Source: a virus (taxonomy: Duplodnaviria > Caudoviricetes). Taken from it: DNA of 33,252 nucleotides. The notes under the pieces were generated by a model. That model was given only the letters and a program-made list of their open reading frames with translations, made no database searches and was not told the origin of the DNA. Positions 7,801 through 16,013 of this stretch are shown here, piece by piece. Each line of letters starts with the position of its first letter. Within the stretch, counting starts at the first letter, position 1. Where the stretch lies: positions 1 through 33,252 of IMG/VR virus record IMGVR_UViG_3300038318_000296, one strand, 5' to 3'. A program made the position numbers and the translations under genes.

Positions 7801-7908
7801 CCTATGTTATTAGATACCGATAATAACATATCGACTTAATAGCATAGGCGAAATTAACCCTTACAACGAAAAATCACGGTATTGATTGAGTAATTGTTGG
7901 GGTTTTTT
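7801..7908 (+). ncRNA. Putative structured cis-regulatory leader / attenuator
   Basis: Alternative hairpins, complementary loops ATACCG (7814-7819) and CGGTAT (7877-7882), and a T tract after the second hairpin. Confidence 0.55.
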
Positions 7909-7926
7909 AATAAAAAAGGGGGGAAA

Positions 7927-8700
7927 ATGGTAGAAGATAAAAAATTTTATTGGATTAAATTAAAAGATGACTTTATGTCAGGTGATACTATTGATTTTTT
8001 AATGGGACAGAAAAACGGTGCTGAATATGTAGTATTATATCAAATGTTATGCCTAAAAACAAAAAACACAAATGGAGAACTAGGAACACAAGTGGGAGAA
8101 ATTATTGTTGAATATAACGATGAAAAAATACAAAGAGACTGTAAATATTTTAGCATTGATACAATAAGAGTGGCACTTGAAATTTATAAAAAATTAGGAT
8201 TAGTATATAGGCAAGAAAGTGGATTATTAAGAATAACAAACTTTGAAGAAATTGTTGGAAGTGAAACTTACTGGGCAAAACAAAAAAGAGAAAAAAGAAA
8301 AGAATTAAATTTATTGGAAAACGTCCAAAATTTGTCCAAAGAAAGTCCAACCTATAAAGATATAGATAAAGATATAGATAAAGATATAGATAAAGATATA
8401 GATAAAGATATAGATAAAGATATAGATAAAAAAGATGTTAAACATATTTATGGAGAATATAAACATATATTATTGACAGATAAAGAATTAGAAAAGTTAA
8501 AAGATGATTATGGCGAACAAAAAGCAAAAGATGCCATAAAATATCTAGACGAAGCAATAGAAATGAAAGGTTATAAATATAAAAGTCATAATCTTGCTAT
8601 TAGAAAATGGGTTATTGATGCAATAAAAGAAAAAAGCACAAACAATAAAAAAGAAAAATCAATTATTGGCGATGTTGAAAGAATGTCGAAATATATGTAG
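7927..8700 (+). CDS. Phage replisome organiser / replication initiator
   Basis: N-terminal KKFYWIKLKDDF motif (Phage_rep_org_N-like); central repeat; RBS favours ATG 7927. Confidence 0.85.
   Translation: MVEDKKFYWIKLKDDFMSGDTIDFLMGQKNGAEYVVLYQMLCLKTKNTNGELGTQVGEIIVEYNDEKIQRDCKYFSIDTIRVALEIYKKLGLVYRQESGLLRITNFEEIVGSETYWAKQKREKRKELNLLENVQNLSKESPTYKDIDKDIDKDIDKDIDKDIDKDIDKKDVKHIYGEYKHILLTDKELEKLKDDYGEQKAKDAIKYLDEAIEMKGYKYKSHNLAIRKWVIDAIKEKSTNNKKEKSIIGDVERMSKYM
8314..8430. repeat. Probable replication origin: 3x GTCCAA iteron-like repeats and a 6x 12-bp tandem repeat
   Basis: GTCCAA three times within 8323-8350; TAAAGATATAGA x6 at 8355-8426 (KDID x6) inside the initiator gene. Confidence 0.75.
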
Positions 8701-8709
8701 GAGAAAAAA

Positions 8710-9228
8710 ATGAAAAATAACGAATTATTAATTGTATATGCTTATGCAAAAAACATATGGAGCAGTTTTAAATTGCCAGAAGCAGAAGAAGATATAAAAA
8801 TGATGAATAAGGTGTGGTATGATTTTTTAAGTGAATATGATATTGAAATTATTTTAACAGCAATTAGGAAACATTCAACAGAAAGCGATTTTTGTTCGAT
8901 ATCGAAAATAGCGAATTTATGTGATAATATTTATAGAAAAATAAATAATTTGATAATTGATGAAGATGAAGTTTTTAGAGAAATAAGAAATGCGATTGAT
9001 TATTCTAATTGCAAAGAGAACTTTCAAAAACTATCTGATTTTGCAAAAGAAATAGTAGGACATCAAGCATATTTAGCAAAATGGGCATTAGAAGGAAATA
9101 CTGCATTGCGTGAAACATTATTGCGAAAAGAAATAGCAAGAACGATTGGAAAGAAAGAAAATGAAAGAATTATATCAAAAAATCAAACACTTGTGCTAGA
9201 AAATCAAACATTATTGCCTAAAAAATAA
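8710..9228 (+). CDS. Helicase loader/inhibitor (SPP1 G39P-like)
   Basis: Directly after the initiator; VWYDFLSEYDIEIILTAIRK motif. Confidence 0.6.
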   Translation: MKNNELLIVYAYAKNIWSSFKLPEAEEDIKMMNKVWYDFLSEYDIEIILTAIRKHSTESDFCSISKIANLCDNIYRKINNLIIDEDEVFREIRNAIDYSNCKENFQKLSDFAKEIVGHQAYLAKWALEGNTALRETLLRKEIARTIGKKENERIISKNQTLVLENQTLLPKK

Positions 9229-9295
9229 AAAAAACAATATATTTAGTAAAATTAAAAAAAATAATTGAAAAAACTAAAAATAATTTAAAAAAGTG

Positions 9296-9324
9296 TTGAC
9301 AAATAAATTTATATGTTGTAAAAT
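9296..9324 (+). promoter_or_regulatory. sigmaA promoter (near-copy of P1)
   Basis: TTGACA-17 bp-TAAAAT, with flanking sequence similar to 3725-3770. Confidence 0.8.
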
Positions 9325-9366
9325 GAATATATAAGATGATAAACATCTTAAAAAAGGAAGGTAAAA

Positions 9367-9552
9367 ATGGAAAATATACAACAAAGACAAAAAGATTTAA
9401 AATTTTACTGTTGGCAGTTAAAAATTGAAACGGCAGAACACTTGCAAAAATTTAAAAACAAATTTAAAATTAAAGGCTTTGAAACACTTTTGCAAAAACT
9501 AGCGAGAGAATACAATGGTAAAACATACAACAAAATAAATTTTGGGAGTTGA
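9367..9552 (+). CDS. Hypothetical protein
   Basis: First ORF after the promoter; AGGAAGGT RBS. Confidence 0.6.
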   Translation: MENIQQRQKDLKFYCWQLKIETAEHLQKFKNKFKIKGFETLLQKLAREYNGKTYNKINFGS

Positions 9553-9602
9553 TAGCAAAGAAACACTTTGTAAAATTAAAGACAAAAAGTTAAAAGGGGA
9601 TA

Positions 9603-9980
9603 GTGATGAATAAACAGGAATTTATAAAAATATTAAATCAATATCAAAAACAGAATAAAGAACACGGTGCTGATATGGAGTTTAATAAGGGTTATTACAC
9701 AATATTAAATGCAATAGTTGAACTCGCCGAACAACTCGACGAGCCAAGCCGGGAGGAGTGCAGATTGGTAGCAAACGAATATAACATTTGCAGTTGTTGC
9801 GACTACAATATGAATAATTTAATAAAAGATATAGTGACTGGGTGTGACAAAGACGAGTGCGACTACGACTGCGATGGAGCTGTGGTGCATCAGATTTTTT
9901 GGACATCAAAATATATGAACTACTGCCCGAACTGCGGTGCGAAGATTAAAAAGGAGAAGAGAGATGAACTCAGTAAATAA
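9603..9980 (+). CDS. Cys-rich Zn-ribbon protein (paralogue of 15115..15432)
   Basis: CSCC...YCPNCGAK; C-terminal two-thirds closely similar to the 15115 ORF. Confidence 0.7.
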   Translation: MMNKQEFIKILNQYQKQNKEHGADMEFNKGYYTILNAIVELAEQLDEPSREECRLVANEYNICSCCDYNMNNLIKDIVTGCDKDECDYDCDGAVVHQIFWTSKYMNYCPNCGAKIKKEKRDELSK

Positions 9981-10332
9981 AGATATTACATTAACATATG
10001 AATTTGATGAATTGGATTTAGATTTTGACTACAAAGTTGACCTTAATGAATGTGAATATCCTATTACTTTGGCGATTGAAAAACAATATGAAGGTAAATT
10101 GAGCAATGAAGGAATAATTGCGATTGAAGTCTATTTAGGGAAATTATTTGAAGATTGCGACCTTGAACTAAAAAGAGAACTTGCAAATTTTTATTACGAA
10201 CAAATCAAAGACCATTATTACGATGACGCAAGGGAACAATTTTTGAACGATTATAGTTACGAAATAGAAATGGCAAAAAAAGAAGCGGAAGATTACGAAA
10301 ACGAACGAAGCAGAGATAGGCGAGAATTGTAG
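9964..10332 (+). CDS. Acidic hypothetical protein
   Basis: AAGGAG RBS supports ATG 9964. Confidence 0.65.
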   Translation: MNSVNKDITLTYEFDELDLDFDYKVDLNECEYPITLAIEKQYEGKLSNEGIIAIEVYLGKLFEDCDLELKRELANFYYEQIKDHYYDDAREQFLNDYSYEIEMAKKEAEDYENERSRDRREL

Positions 10333-10337
10333 CAACA
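10305..10337. repeat. 33-bp direct repeat, copy 1
   Basis: 32/33 identical to 10868-10900. Confidence 0.85.
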
Positions 10338-10377
10338 CCCCGAAGAAATTTGAAAGATTTATAAAAGGAGAAAAGCA

Positions 10378-10827
10378 ATGAAAATAGATAAAAATTATAA
10401 AGGATTGGAAAGATTAGATAACGGAGATTACTATCTAAGCGGAGAGATAAGAACTGAGGAAGAATTAGTAATTGAATTAGACGATAGACTTAAGGTTGAA
10501 AAAGGTGTATATGCACAGAGTATAAAAATAAATACAACATTGATTACAGGCGATGGAATTACGGCAGGCGATGGAATTAAGGCAGGCTGGGGAATTAAGG
10601 CAGGCTGGGGAATTACGGCAGGCTGTGGAATTACGGCAGGCGATGGAATTAAGGCAAAGACATTTATCAGTTCACAAAAACGGATATTCGCAGGCATCTC
10701 AATCTACAGAAATTCTATTGAATGTGATAAAACGATTAAGTGTGCAGAATTACAGAATGGAGAGATTGCGTATGGTGAGTTAATAATCACGGAGAAAGAA
10801 AAGGGAAAGGAGAAAAGCAATAACTAA
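10378..10827 (+). CDS. Hexapeptide-repeat (GxGI[TK]A) beta-solenoid protein
   Basis: Six GxGI[T/K]A repeats; AAGGAG RBS. Confidence 0.7.
   Translation: MKIDKNYKGLERLDNGDYYLSGEIRTEEELVIELDDRLKVEKGVYAQSIKINTTLITGDGITAGDGIKAGWGIKAGWGITAGCGITAGDGIKAKTFISSQKRIFAGISIYRNSIECDKTIKCAELQNGEIAYGELIITEKEKGKEKSNN
10549..10656. repeat. 6x 18-bp coding tandem repeat
   Basis: GGC nnn GGA ATT AmG GCA repeated six times. Confidence 0.9.
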
Positions 10828-10845
10828 ACAAATGGAGGAATTAGG

Positions 10846-10980
10846 ATGGCTATAACAAAAGAACAACACGAAGCAGAGATAGGCGAGAATTATAGCAACA
10901 AGTCGCAGAAAGCGAATGAGCGGAGGATAAACAAAATGAAAATAGAACAATTTATAGAAGCGACAAAGGAAAGGGAGTAA
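10846..10980 (+). pseudogene. Chimeric mini-ORF / deletion scar
   Basis: 44 codons containing the 33-bp repeat and a second GGAGG RBS plus in-frame ATG at 10936. Confidence 0.4.
10868..10900. repeat. 33-bp direct repeat, copy 2
   Basis: 32/33 identical to 10305-10337. Confidence 0.85.
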
Positions 10981-10982
10981 AT

Positions 10983-11417
10983 ATGAGAGAGAACATAGGG
11001 CTGTTTAAAGCAAAACGAATAGATAATGGAGAATGGGTTGGAGGATATTATTTATGCGATAATTTAAAAAACAATGATATGCAAAACGATTACGAAAGAC
11101 ATTTAATATCCAGCATTGAAAAAGAAACGCAAACAAATACGATTAAAACAATGTTTTACGAAATTGACCCAAACACACTATCACAATATACAGGATTTAA
11201 AGACAAAAATGGAAACAAGATTTTTGAGAATGATATTCTAGATTATTGGGAAAATGGAAAAGAAAACATAAAACAAAGATTAAAAGTATTTTATGAAAAT
11301 GGACAATTTGCAGTAGACCATTATGCAATAAATTTATTAAATAGTAGAAATATGAGCAGTGAAATCATAGGAAATAAATTTGATAGCCCTGAGTTATTAG
11401 AAAAAGGTGGTGCGTAG
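10983..11417 (+). CDS. yopX: YopX family protein
   Basis: LFKAKRIDNGEWV, QYTGFKDKNGNKIFENDI and EIIGNKFDSPELL motifs. Confidence 0.85.
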   Translation: MRENIGLFKAKRIDNGEWVGGYYLCDNLKNNDMQNDYERHLISSIEKETQTNTIKTMFYEIDPNTLSQYTGFKDKNGNKIFENDILDYWENGKENIKQRLKVFYENGQFAVDHYAINLLNSRNMSSEIIGNKFDSPELLEKGGA

Positions 11418-11902
11418 TGAAAAATAAATATGAAATATTGAAAGGTGGATTTGGTTTAATTTATATCAAAGATAAGCCATATTATTATGTAGTTGATAAA
11501 GGTTTTTGTATCGTTGAATTTGATGAATGGAATTTTATCGACAATAACTATATCAAAATCAATTATGACCCAATTACTGGGGAAAAACTTATAACTGACA
11601 ATGAACTTAAGCAATTTATTAAATTTGAAAAAAAGCAAATTGCAAAAAGAAAAGCCCAAATAAAATATATGAATACTTACAGAGATATGAAAGATAAAGA
11701 ATATAAGCAATCACTAATTGATGAATTTGGAAAGGAAGAAGCCGACATAATTTTATCAAAAGACAATACTCCTCATATTATTTCTTCTAGTTTGTTTAAT
11801 AATTGTACATCCTTTAATAAACCAATACAATTAAATGATTATGATTCTGGAAGAAGTCTATATATTGAAAAGTTAAGGGAAGAGAGATTAAAACATAAGT
11901 GA
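11417..11902 (+). CDS. Hypothetical protein
   Basis: Coupled GTG start and a 161-codon open frame. Confidence 0.6.
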   Translation: MKNKYEILKGGFGLIYIKDKPYYYVVDKGFCIVEFDEWNFIDNNYIKINYDPITGEKLITDNELKQFIKFEKKQIAKRKAQIKYMNTYRDMKDKEYKQSLIDEFGKEEADIILSKDNTPHIISSSLFNNCTSFNKPIQLNDYDSGRSLYIEKLREERLKHK

Positions 11903-11951
11903 ATGTGTTGAAGATATATAATAATAGAGTCCAAGTAAAAGGAGTAAAGAA

Positions 11952-12017
11952 ATGAGAGAAAACATAGGGCTGTTTAAGGCGAAAGGCAACAAGTTTTCGG
12001 GGGTGCGAGATGAGTAG
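11952..12017 (+). pseudogene. Internally deleted YopX remnant
   Basis: MRENIGLFKAK (same as the 10983 N-terminus) joined directly to GNKF (YopX C-terminal motif). Confidence 0.7.
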
Positions 12018-12324
12018 GTTGAGTGGTAGAGAACAGGCAGTTTGGGATAAAAGAAACGCTGGCTTAACTTTTAAGCAAATTGCAAAAGATTTAGGGCTTT
12101 GTCCAGCAACTGTGAGTTTTGCGTATCGAAAAGCATATCGAAAAATTGAATACGAAAACGAAAGGTTAAAGCCAACTGAACTCGAAGTCTACAAAAGGGC
12201 GTTGGAAATTACTTGTAATACGCTAGAACAAAAATATATGTTTGCACAAGATAAAAACACCAGAAAAATTATACCACTTAATGAATATTTTTTAAACGAA
12301 GCACGAAAGGAGGTGGAAGAGTAA
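12010..12324 (+). CDS. HTH (LuxR/sigma region 4-like) protein with a shared C-terminal module
   Basis: LSGREQAVW..GLTFKQIAKDLGLCPATV; C-terminus shared with the 13982 ORF. Confidence 0.65.
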   Translation: MSRLSGREQAVWDKRNAGLTFKQIAKDLGLCPATVSFAYRKAYRKIEYENERLKPTELEVYKRALEITCNTLEQKYMFAQDKNTRKIIPLNEYFLNEARKEVEE

Positions 12325-12521
12325 TGATAGCAGAAGAAATGTTTATTCGATATTGGTTTTGCACTAATAAAAAGGTTTTAATGATAAACGAACTTAAAGA
12401 TGCGCTTTATAAAATTTGGTTAGAGGTTGTAGAAAAATTTAAAAACTACAATTTAGAAGATAAATGGTTTAGAGTTGGCGATTATTATAAAGAAAGAATT
12501 ATTAAAGGAGAAAGTTTATGA
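12324..12521 (+). CDS. Hypothetical protein
   Basis: Coupled start with a GGAGG RBS. Confidence 0.5.
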   Translation: MIAEEMFIRYWFCTNKKVLMINELKDALYKIWLEVVEKFKNYNLEDKWFRVGDYYKERIIKGESL

Positions 12522-12964
12522 GAGAAATTTTATTTAAAGCAAAACGAATAGATAATGGTGAGTGGGTTGAGGGTTATTGTCTTCAAGATGTTTTAAGAAA
12601 TTCATCAACAGAAAAAGATATAACACGACATCTTATAGCAACATTAAAAAAAGAAACTCAGTCTAAAATAATAAAAACTTATTTTTATGAAGTTGACCCT
12701 AAAACCATCTCACAATACACAGGCTTAAAAGACAAGCACGGCAACAAAATTTTTGAGGGGGATATTATAAAGTGCGCTATTGAAGACCCTTGCACAGGAA
12801 AAATATATAAATATTTTGATTGCATTGTTAAGTATTGCAAAACAACAAATGCTTGGGGCTGGTATGGGATAGACGAACGAAGTGTGTTAAATAAAATACC
12901 ACCACAACAGAATTATATAGAAGTCATCGGCAATATTTTTAATGGAGGTAATTGTGATAGTTAA
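12518..12964 (+). CDS. yopX: YopX family protein
   Basis: MREILFKAKRIDNGEWVEG, QYTGLKDKHGNKIFEGDI and EVIGNIF motifs. Confidence 0.85.
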   Translation: MREILFKAKRIDNGEWVEGYCLQDVLRNSSTEKDITRHLIATLKKETQSKIIKTYFYEVDPKTISQYTGLKDKHGNKIFEGDIIKCAIEDPCTGKIYKYFDCIVKYCKTTNAWGWYGIDERSVLNKIPPQQNYIEVIGNIFNGGNCDS

Positions 12965-13505
12965 AGAACAAAAGAAAATTTATTTTAATAATCGTTGTAA
13001 TTGTATAGTTGATAATGACTTATTAGAAAAAGCAATTTTATGGTATTCAAAAAGTCCAACAACAGCAAACAAAAAAATATTTATGTATGGCAGATATCCA
13101 GCAGTGAGTATTTATTATGAAAAAATTCACATACACAGATTGCTATATATATTTACGATAAAAAATCTCATTCCAAATGGATATGTTGTTCATCATATAG
13201 ATGAAAATAGGCTTAATGCTAGTATATCCAATCTTGAACTAATCACACATTCACAACATAGTTCATTACATAATGGAAGAAAAATATTTAACAAAGAAAA
13301 TTGTAAGATTAGTTATTCTAGCTTGCCTAGACAGAGAGGAATTGCTAAGGATAATATTACATACAAGCAAATTTGGGATTTATATAGAGAAGGTTATTCC
13401 ATAAACAAAATTTCAAAAGAACTTAATTATGGGTGGCATCAAGTTAATAAAAGATTAAAGGAAATATTTAATAAAAAGTTCGAGGAGGTGGAGAGTGAAT
13501 ATTAG
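12954..13505 (+). CDS. HNH endonuclease with a C-terminal HTH
   Basis: HRL..IPNGYVVHHIDENRLNASISNLEL; GGAGG RBS favours GTG 12954. Confidence 0.8.
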   Translation: MIVKEQKKIYFNNRCNCIVDNDLLEKAILWYSKSPTTANKKIFMYGRYPAVSIYYEKIHIHRLLYIFTIKNLIPNGYVVHHIDENRLNASISNLELITHSQHSSLHNGRKIFNKENCKISYSSLPRQRGIAKDNITYKQIWDLYREGYSINKISKELNYGWHQVNKRLKEIFNKKFEEVESEY

Positions 13506-13989
13506 ATTAAATGGTTTTGTGGTCTATAAAAATAGTGATAGGTCGTTCCAGCACATAAATAAGAAATACACAACTAATGATTTAAAAAGGATTAAATTTT
13601 TTGATAACCGTTTTGATGCACAACAATTTGCAGATAGGCAGAACGAATACCGAGTTAAAAAACCTGATTTTCTTGTTGAAGAAGTATTTCTCTGTGATAA
13701 AGAGTTAGCAGATTATCTACAATTTACACATGACGAATATTCAAAACAGTTAAAAGAAATTTACAATTTGATTGAAGAAAAAACAACTGGTCAAGATGAA
13801 GCTTGGGGAGATGAAAGACACCAAAGAGCAAAAAGGATAGTTAAATCTTTGCTAGATAAAAACGCAGACTATGCAAAGTTAAAAGAGGAACATACTTTAA
13901 CAAAATGGGCGATTAAAAATTATTGCAAATTTACTGAACCTTATTTTAATGCATTAAAAGAAGAAATAAGAGAGGTGCGAGATGAGTAG
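13495..13989 (+). CDS. Hypothetical protein
   Basis: GAGGAGG RBS and overlap coupling. Confidence 0.6.
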   Translation: MNIRLNGFVVYKNSDRSFQHINKKYTTNDLKRIKFFDNRFDAQQFADRQNEYRVKKPDFLVEEVFLCDKELADYLQFTHDEYSKQLKEIYNLIEEKTTGQDEAWGDERHQRAKRIVKSLLDKNADYAKLKEEHTLTKWAIKNYCKFTEPYFNALKEEIREVRDE

Positions 13990-14281
13990 GTTGACTAAAA
14001 AATGTGGGGATTGTGGTTATACAGTTCCAGGTTTAAATAGTGTTGTAAAAGACAATGCTGAAATAATAGGGAAGATGATTAATAAACTTGCCGCTTACGA
14101 AAATCTTGGCTCGGTGGAAGAAATTGTGCAAAAAATAAACGAACTCGAAGTCTACAAAAGGGCGTTGGAAATGGCTTGTTTAACAATAGGAGAATGGGAA
14201 CAAGTTTCTGCTACAAACGAAGGGCAAATTAAGTATTTTTTACAAGAAGCACGAAAGGAGTTGGAAGATGAAAAAAATTAA
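13982..14281 (+). CDS. Hypothetical protein (partial paralogue of 12010..12324)
   Basis: Shares the MSRL start and the ELEVYKRALE...EARKE end; contains KLAAYENLG. Confidence 0.65.
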   Translation: MSRLTKKCGDCGYTVPGLNSVVKDNAEIIGKMINKLAAYENLGSVEEIVQKINELEVYKRALEMACLTIGEWEQVSATNEGQIKYFLQEARKELEDEKN

Positions 14282-14591
14282 TATTTTATGCGTTGAAGAT
14301 GGAAGTGTGGATGTAGAAAGTTTAGAAGATGAAGGTTTACACGATGGCAAAGTTTTAATATATAGACAAGGGGCAACTCCGCCGTTTGTTTTGAAATTAA
14401 AGACTGATGATGGGGAGTTTAAATCCGAGCAGAGCAAGGTCGCTGTCGAGAAGTTGGAAGAGTTATTTAAAAAAGTTAGACAAGTAGTAATTGTAACTGA
14501 TGTTGACAATACTGATTACTCGACTATAACATTATGGGGCCTGAAAGAAATAATAAAACCAATGATTAAAGAGCTAAAAGGAGAAAAGTAA
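14268..14591 (+). CDS. Hypothetical protein
   Basis: AAGGAG RBS and an open frame. Confidence 0.6.
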   Translation: MKKINILCVEDGSVDVESLEDEGLHDGKVLIYRQGATPPFVLKLKTDDGEFKSEQSKVAVEKLEELFKKVRQVVIVTDVDNTDYSTITLWGLKEIIKPMIKELKGEK

Positions 14592-14592
14592 T

Positions 14593-15102
14593 ATGGATTT
14601 ACAAGATTATTTGAACTTTTGTATGGATTACGGAAGAAGTTTGGAAAAGCATCTAAGAATAGGGACGGCATTAGAATACTTGAATGGTTTAGACGAAAAC
14701 AAAAATATAGTGGTAGATATGAGTTGGAAAGAAGGGGCTATTAAAAACTACAAAGGTTTTAAAGACAAAGAGTATAGCGAAAGTCGAATAAAAGAAATTG
14801 AAGAAACTCACCAAATGTATTTAACTGCTGAATTTGATAGTTATCGTGGAGATTATGCTCAAATGTATATTGGTTATAACTTTGAACCTCATAAATTCAC
14901 GGTTAAGAATTTGAAGGATTTGCTGTTAGATGCAAAACGCGTCGGCGAGATGGAAGGGTATAAGGGTGGAACTTTTAGTATAAATGACAATACTTTATTG
15001 AATATCGCAAGTTATTCTAACTGTGAAGGAATCTTACCTATTGGCTTTAAAGATATAGGCGATGATAATGTTATGCTCTTAACTCAATATTATGAGGATT
15101 AA
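14593..15102 (+). CDS. Hypothetical protein
   Basis: AAGGAG RBS; 169 aa. Confidence 0.65.
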   Translation: MDLQDYLNFCMDYGRSLEKHLRIGTALEYLNGLDENKNIVVDMSWKEGAIKNYKGFKDKEYSESRIKEIEETHQMYLTAEFDSYRGDYAQMYIGYNFEPHKFTVKNLKDLLLDAKRVGEMEGYKGGTFSINDNTLLNIASYSNCEGILPIGFKDIGDDNVMLLTQYYED

Positions 15103-15114
15103 AAGGAGAAAGCG

Positions 15115-15432
15115 ATGAATAAACAAGAATTGATTGATAAAATAGAAGACTTAAGAGAAGAGGGCGAAAGTGATTTAAGAACAGTTATTTATTTTGCCAA
15201 ACAACTCGACGAGCCAAGCATGGAAGAGTGTGAGTTAATATCAAACGAATATAACATTTGCAATTGTTGTAGTTACAATTTAAATAATTTAATTAAAGAG
15301 ATAGTTGTTGGATGTGACAATGACGATTTTGAATGCGGAGGAGCCGTTGTACATCAAGTCTTTTGGACAGATAAATATATGAACTACTGCCCGAACTGTG
15401 GTGCGAAGATTAAGAAGGAGAAGAAAAGATGA
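15115..15432 (+). CDS. Cys-rich Zn-ribbon protein (paralogue of 9603..9980)
   Basis: CNCC...YCPNCGAK. Confidence 0.7.
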   Translation: MNKQELIDKIEDLREEGESDLRTVIYFAKQLDEPSMEECELISNEYNICNCCSYNLNNLIKEIVVGCDNDDFECGGAVVHQVFWTDKYMNYCPNCGAKIKKEKKR

Positions 15433-16013
15433 GTAAATGCTTTAATAAAGAATGCGATTATTGTAAAGATAATGAATGTAGGTTTGGTAGAGAAGATAAT
15501 GCAGGTTGTCATTGGTATATTGGAGAGCCATTAAAAGAGCCATTAAGTAAAAAATTTCAAGATTATGCCGAAGAAGAATTACCAAAATTAAGGGAACAAA
15601 TCGAGCAAAAAGACCAGCGAATTGCCGAGCTGGAAAAGGAAAATGAAGAAAAAGAAGATAAAATATTAGATTTGAAATCTTATAATTCAGACTTAAAAGA
15701 AACAATTTCTAAATTATCGTTTAGTGCCGTTAGATGTCAAGCAATTAACGATGAAGTCTGTCAGTATATTTTAGATAACGAATTATTAAAAAAAGAAAAC
15801 GCCGAACTGAAAGAAGTTATTAAATTAGCAGAGCAAGAAAACGCCGAGCTGAAAGCAAAACTGCAAAATGCGATTGTGCCGAAGTTTAAGGTTGGGGATA
15901 AAGTTTATGTTGTGATTAATGAAAAACAAATAAAAGAATTTACTATTAGAATAATTGAAAGTGGAATTTTTTTAGAAGGAGAAGAGAATGGAAACAAAAA
16001 TAACAAAATGTGA
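15429..16013 (+). CDS. Coiled-coil hypothetical protein
   Basis: Cys-rich N-terminus, heptad ENAELK repeats and a PKFKVGDKVY motif. Confidence 0.65.
   Translation: MSKCFNKECDYCKDNECRFGREDNAGCHWYIGEPLKEPLSKKFQDYAEEELPKLREQIEQKDQRIAELEKENEEKEDKILDLKSYNSDLKETISKLSFSAVRCQAINDEVCQYILDNELLKKENAELKEVIKLAEQENAELKAKLQNAIVPKFKVGDKVYVVINEKQIKEFTIRIIESGIFLEGEENGNKNNKM

Noticed and set aside
8684-8690. Perfect 0A boxes (TGTCGAA here, TTCGACA at 30878)
   Set aside because: Isolated 7-mers inside coding sequence are expected by chance in 33 kb.
10553-10783. Alternative-frame ORF (MELRQA)n and the antisense PAVIP repeat ORF
   Set aside because: By-products of the stop-free 18-bp repeat.
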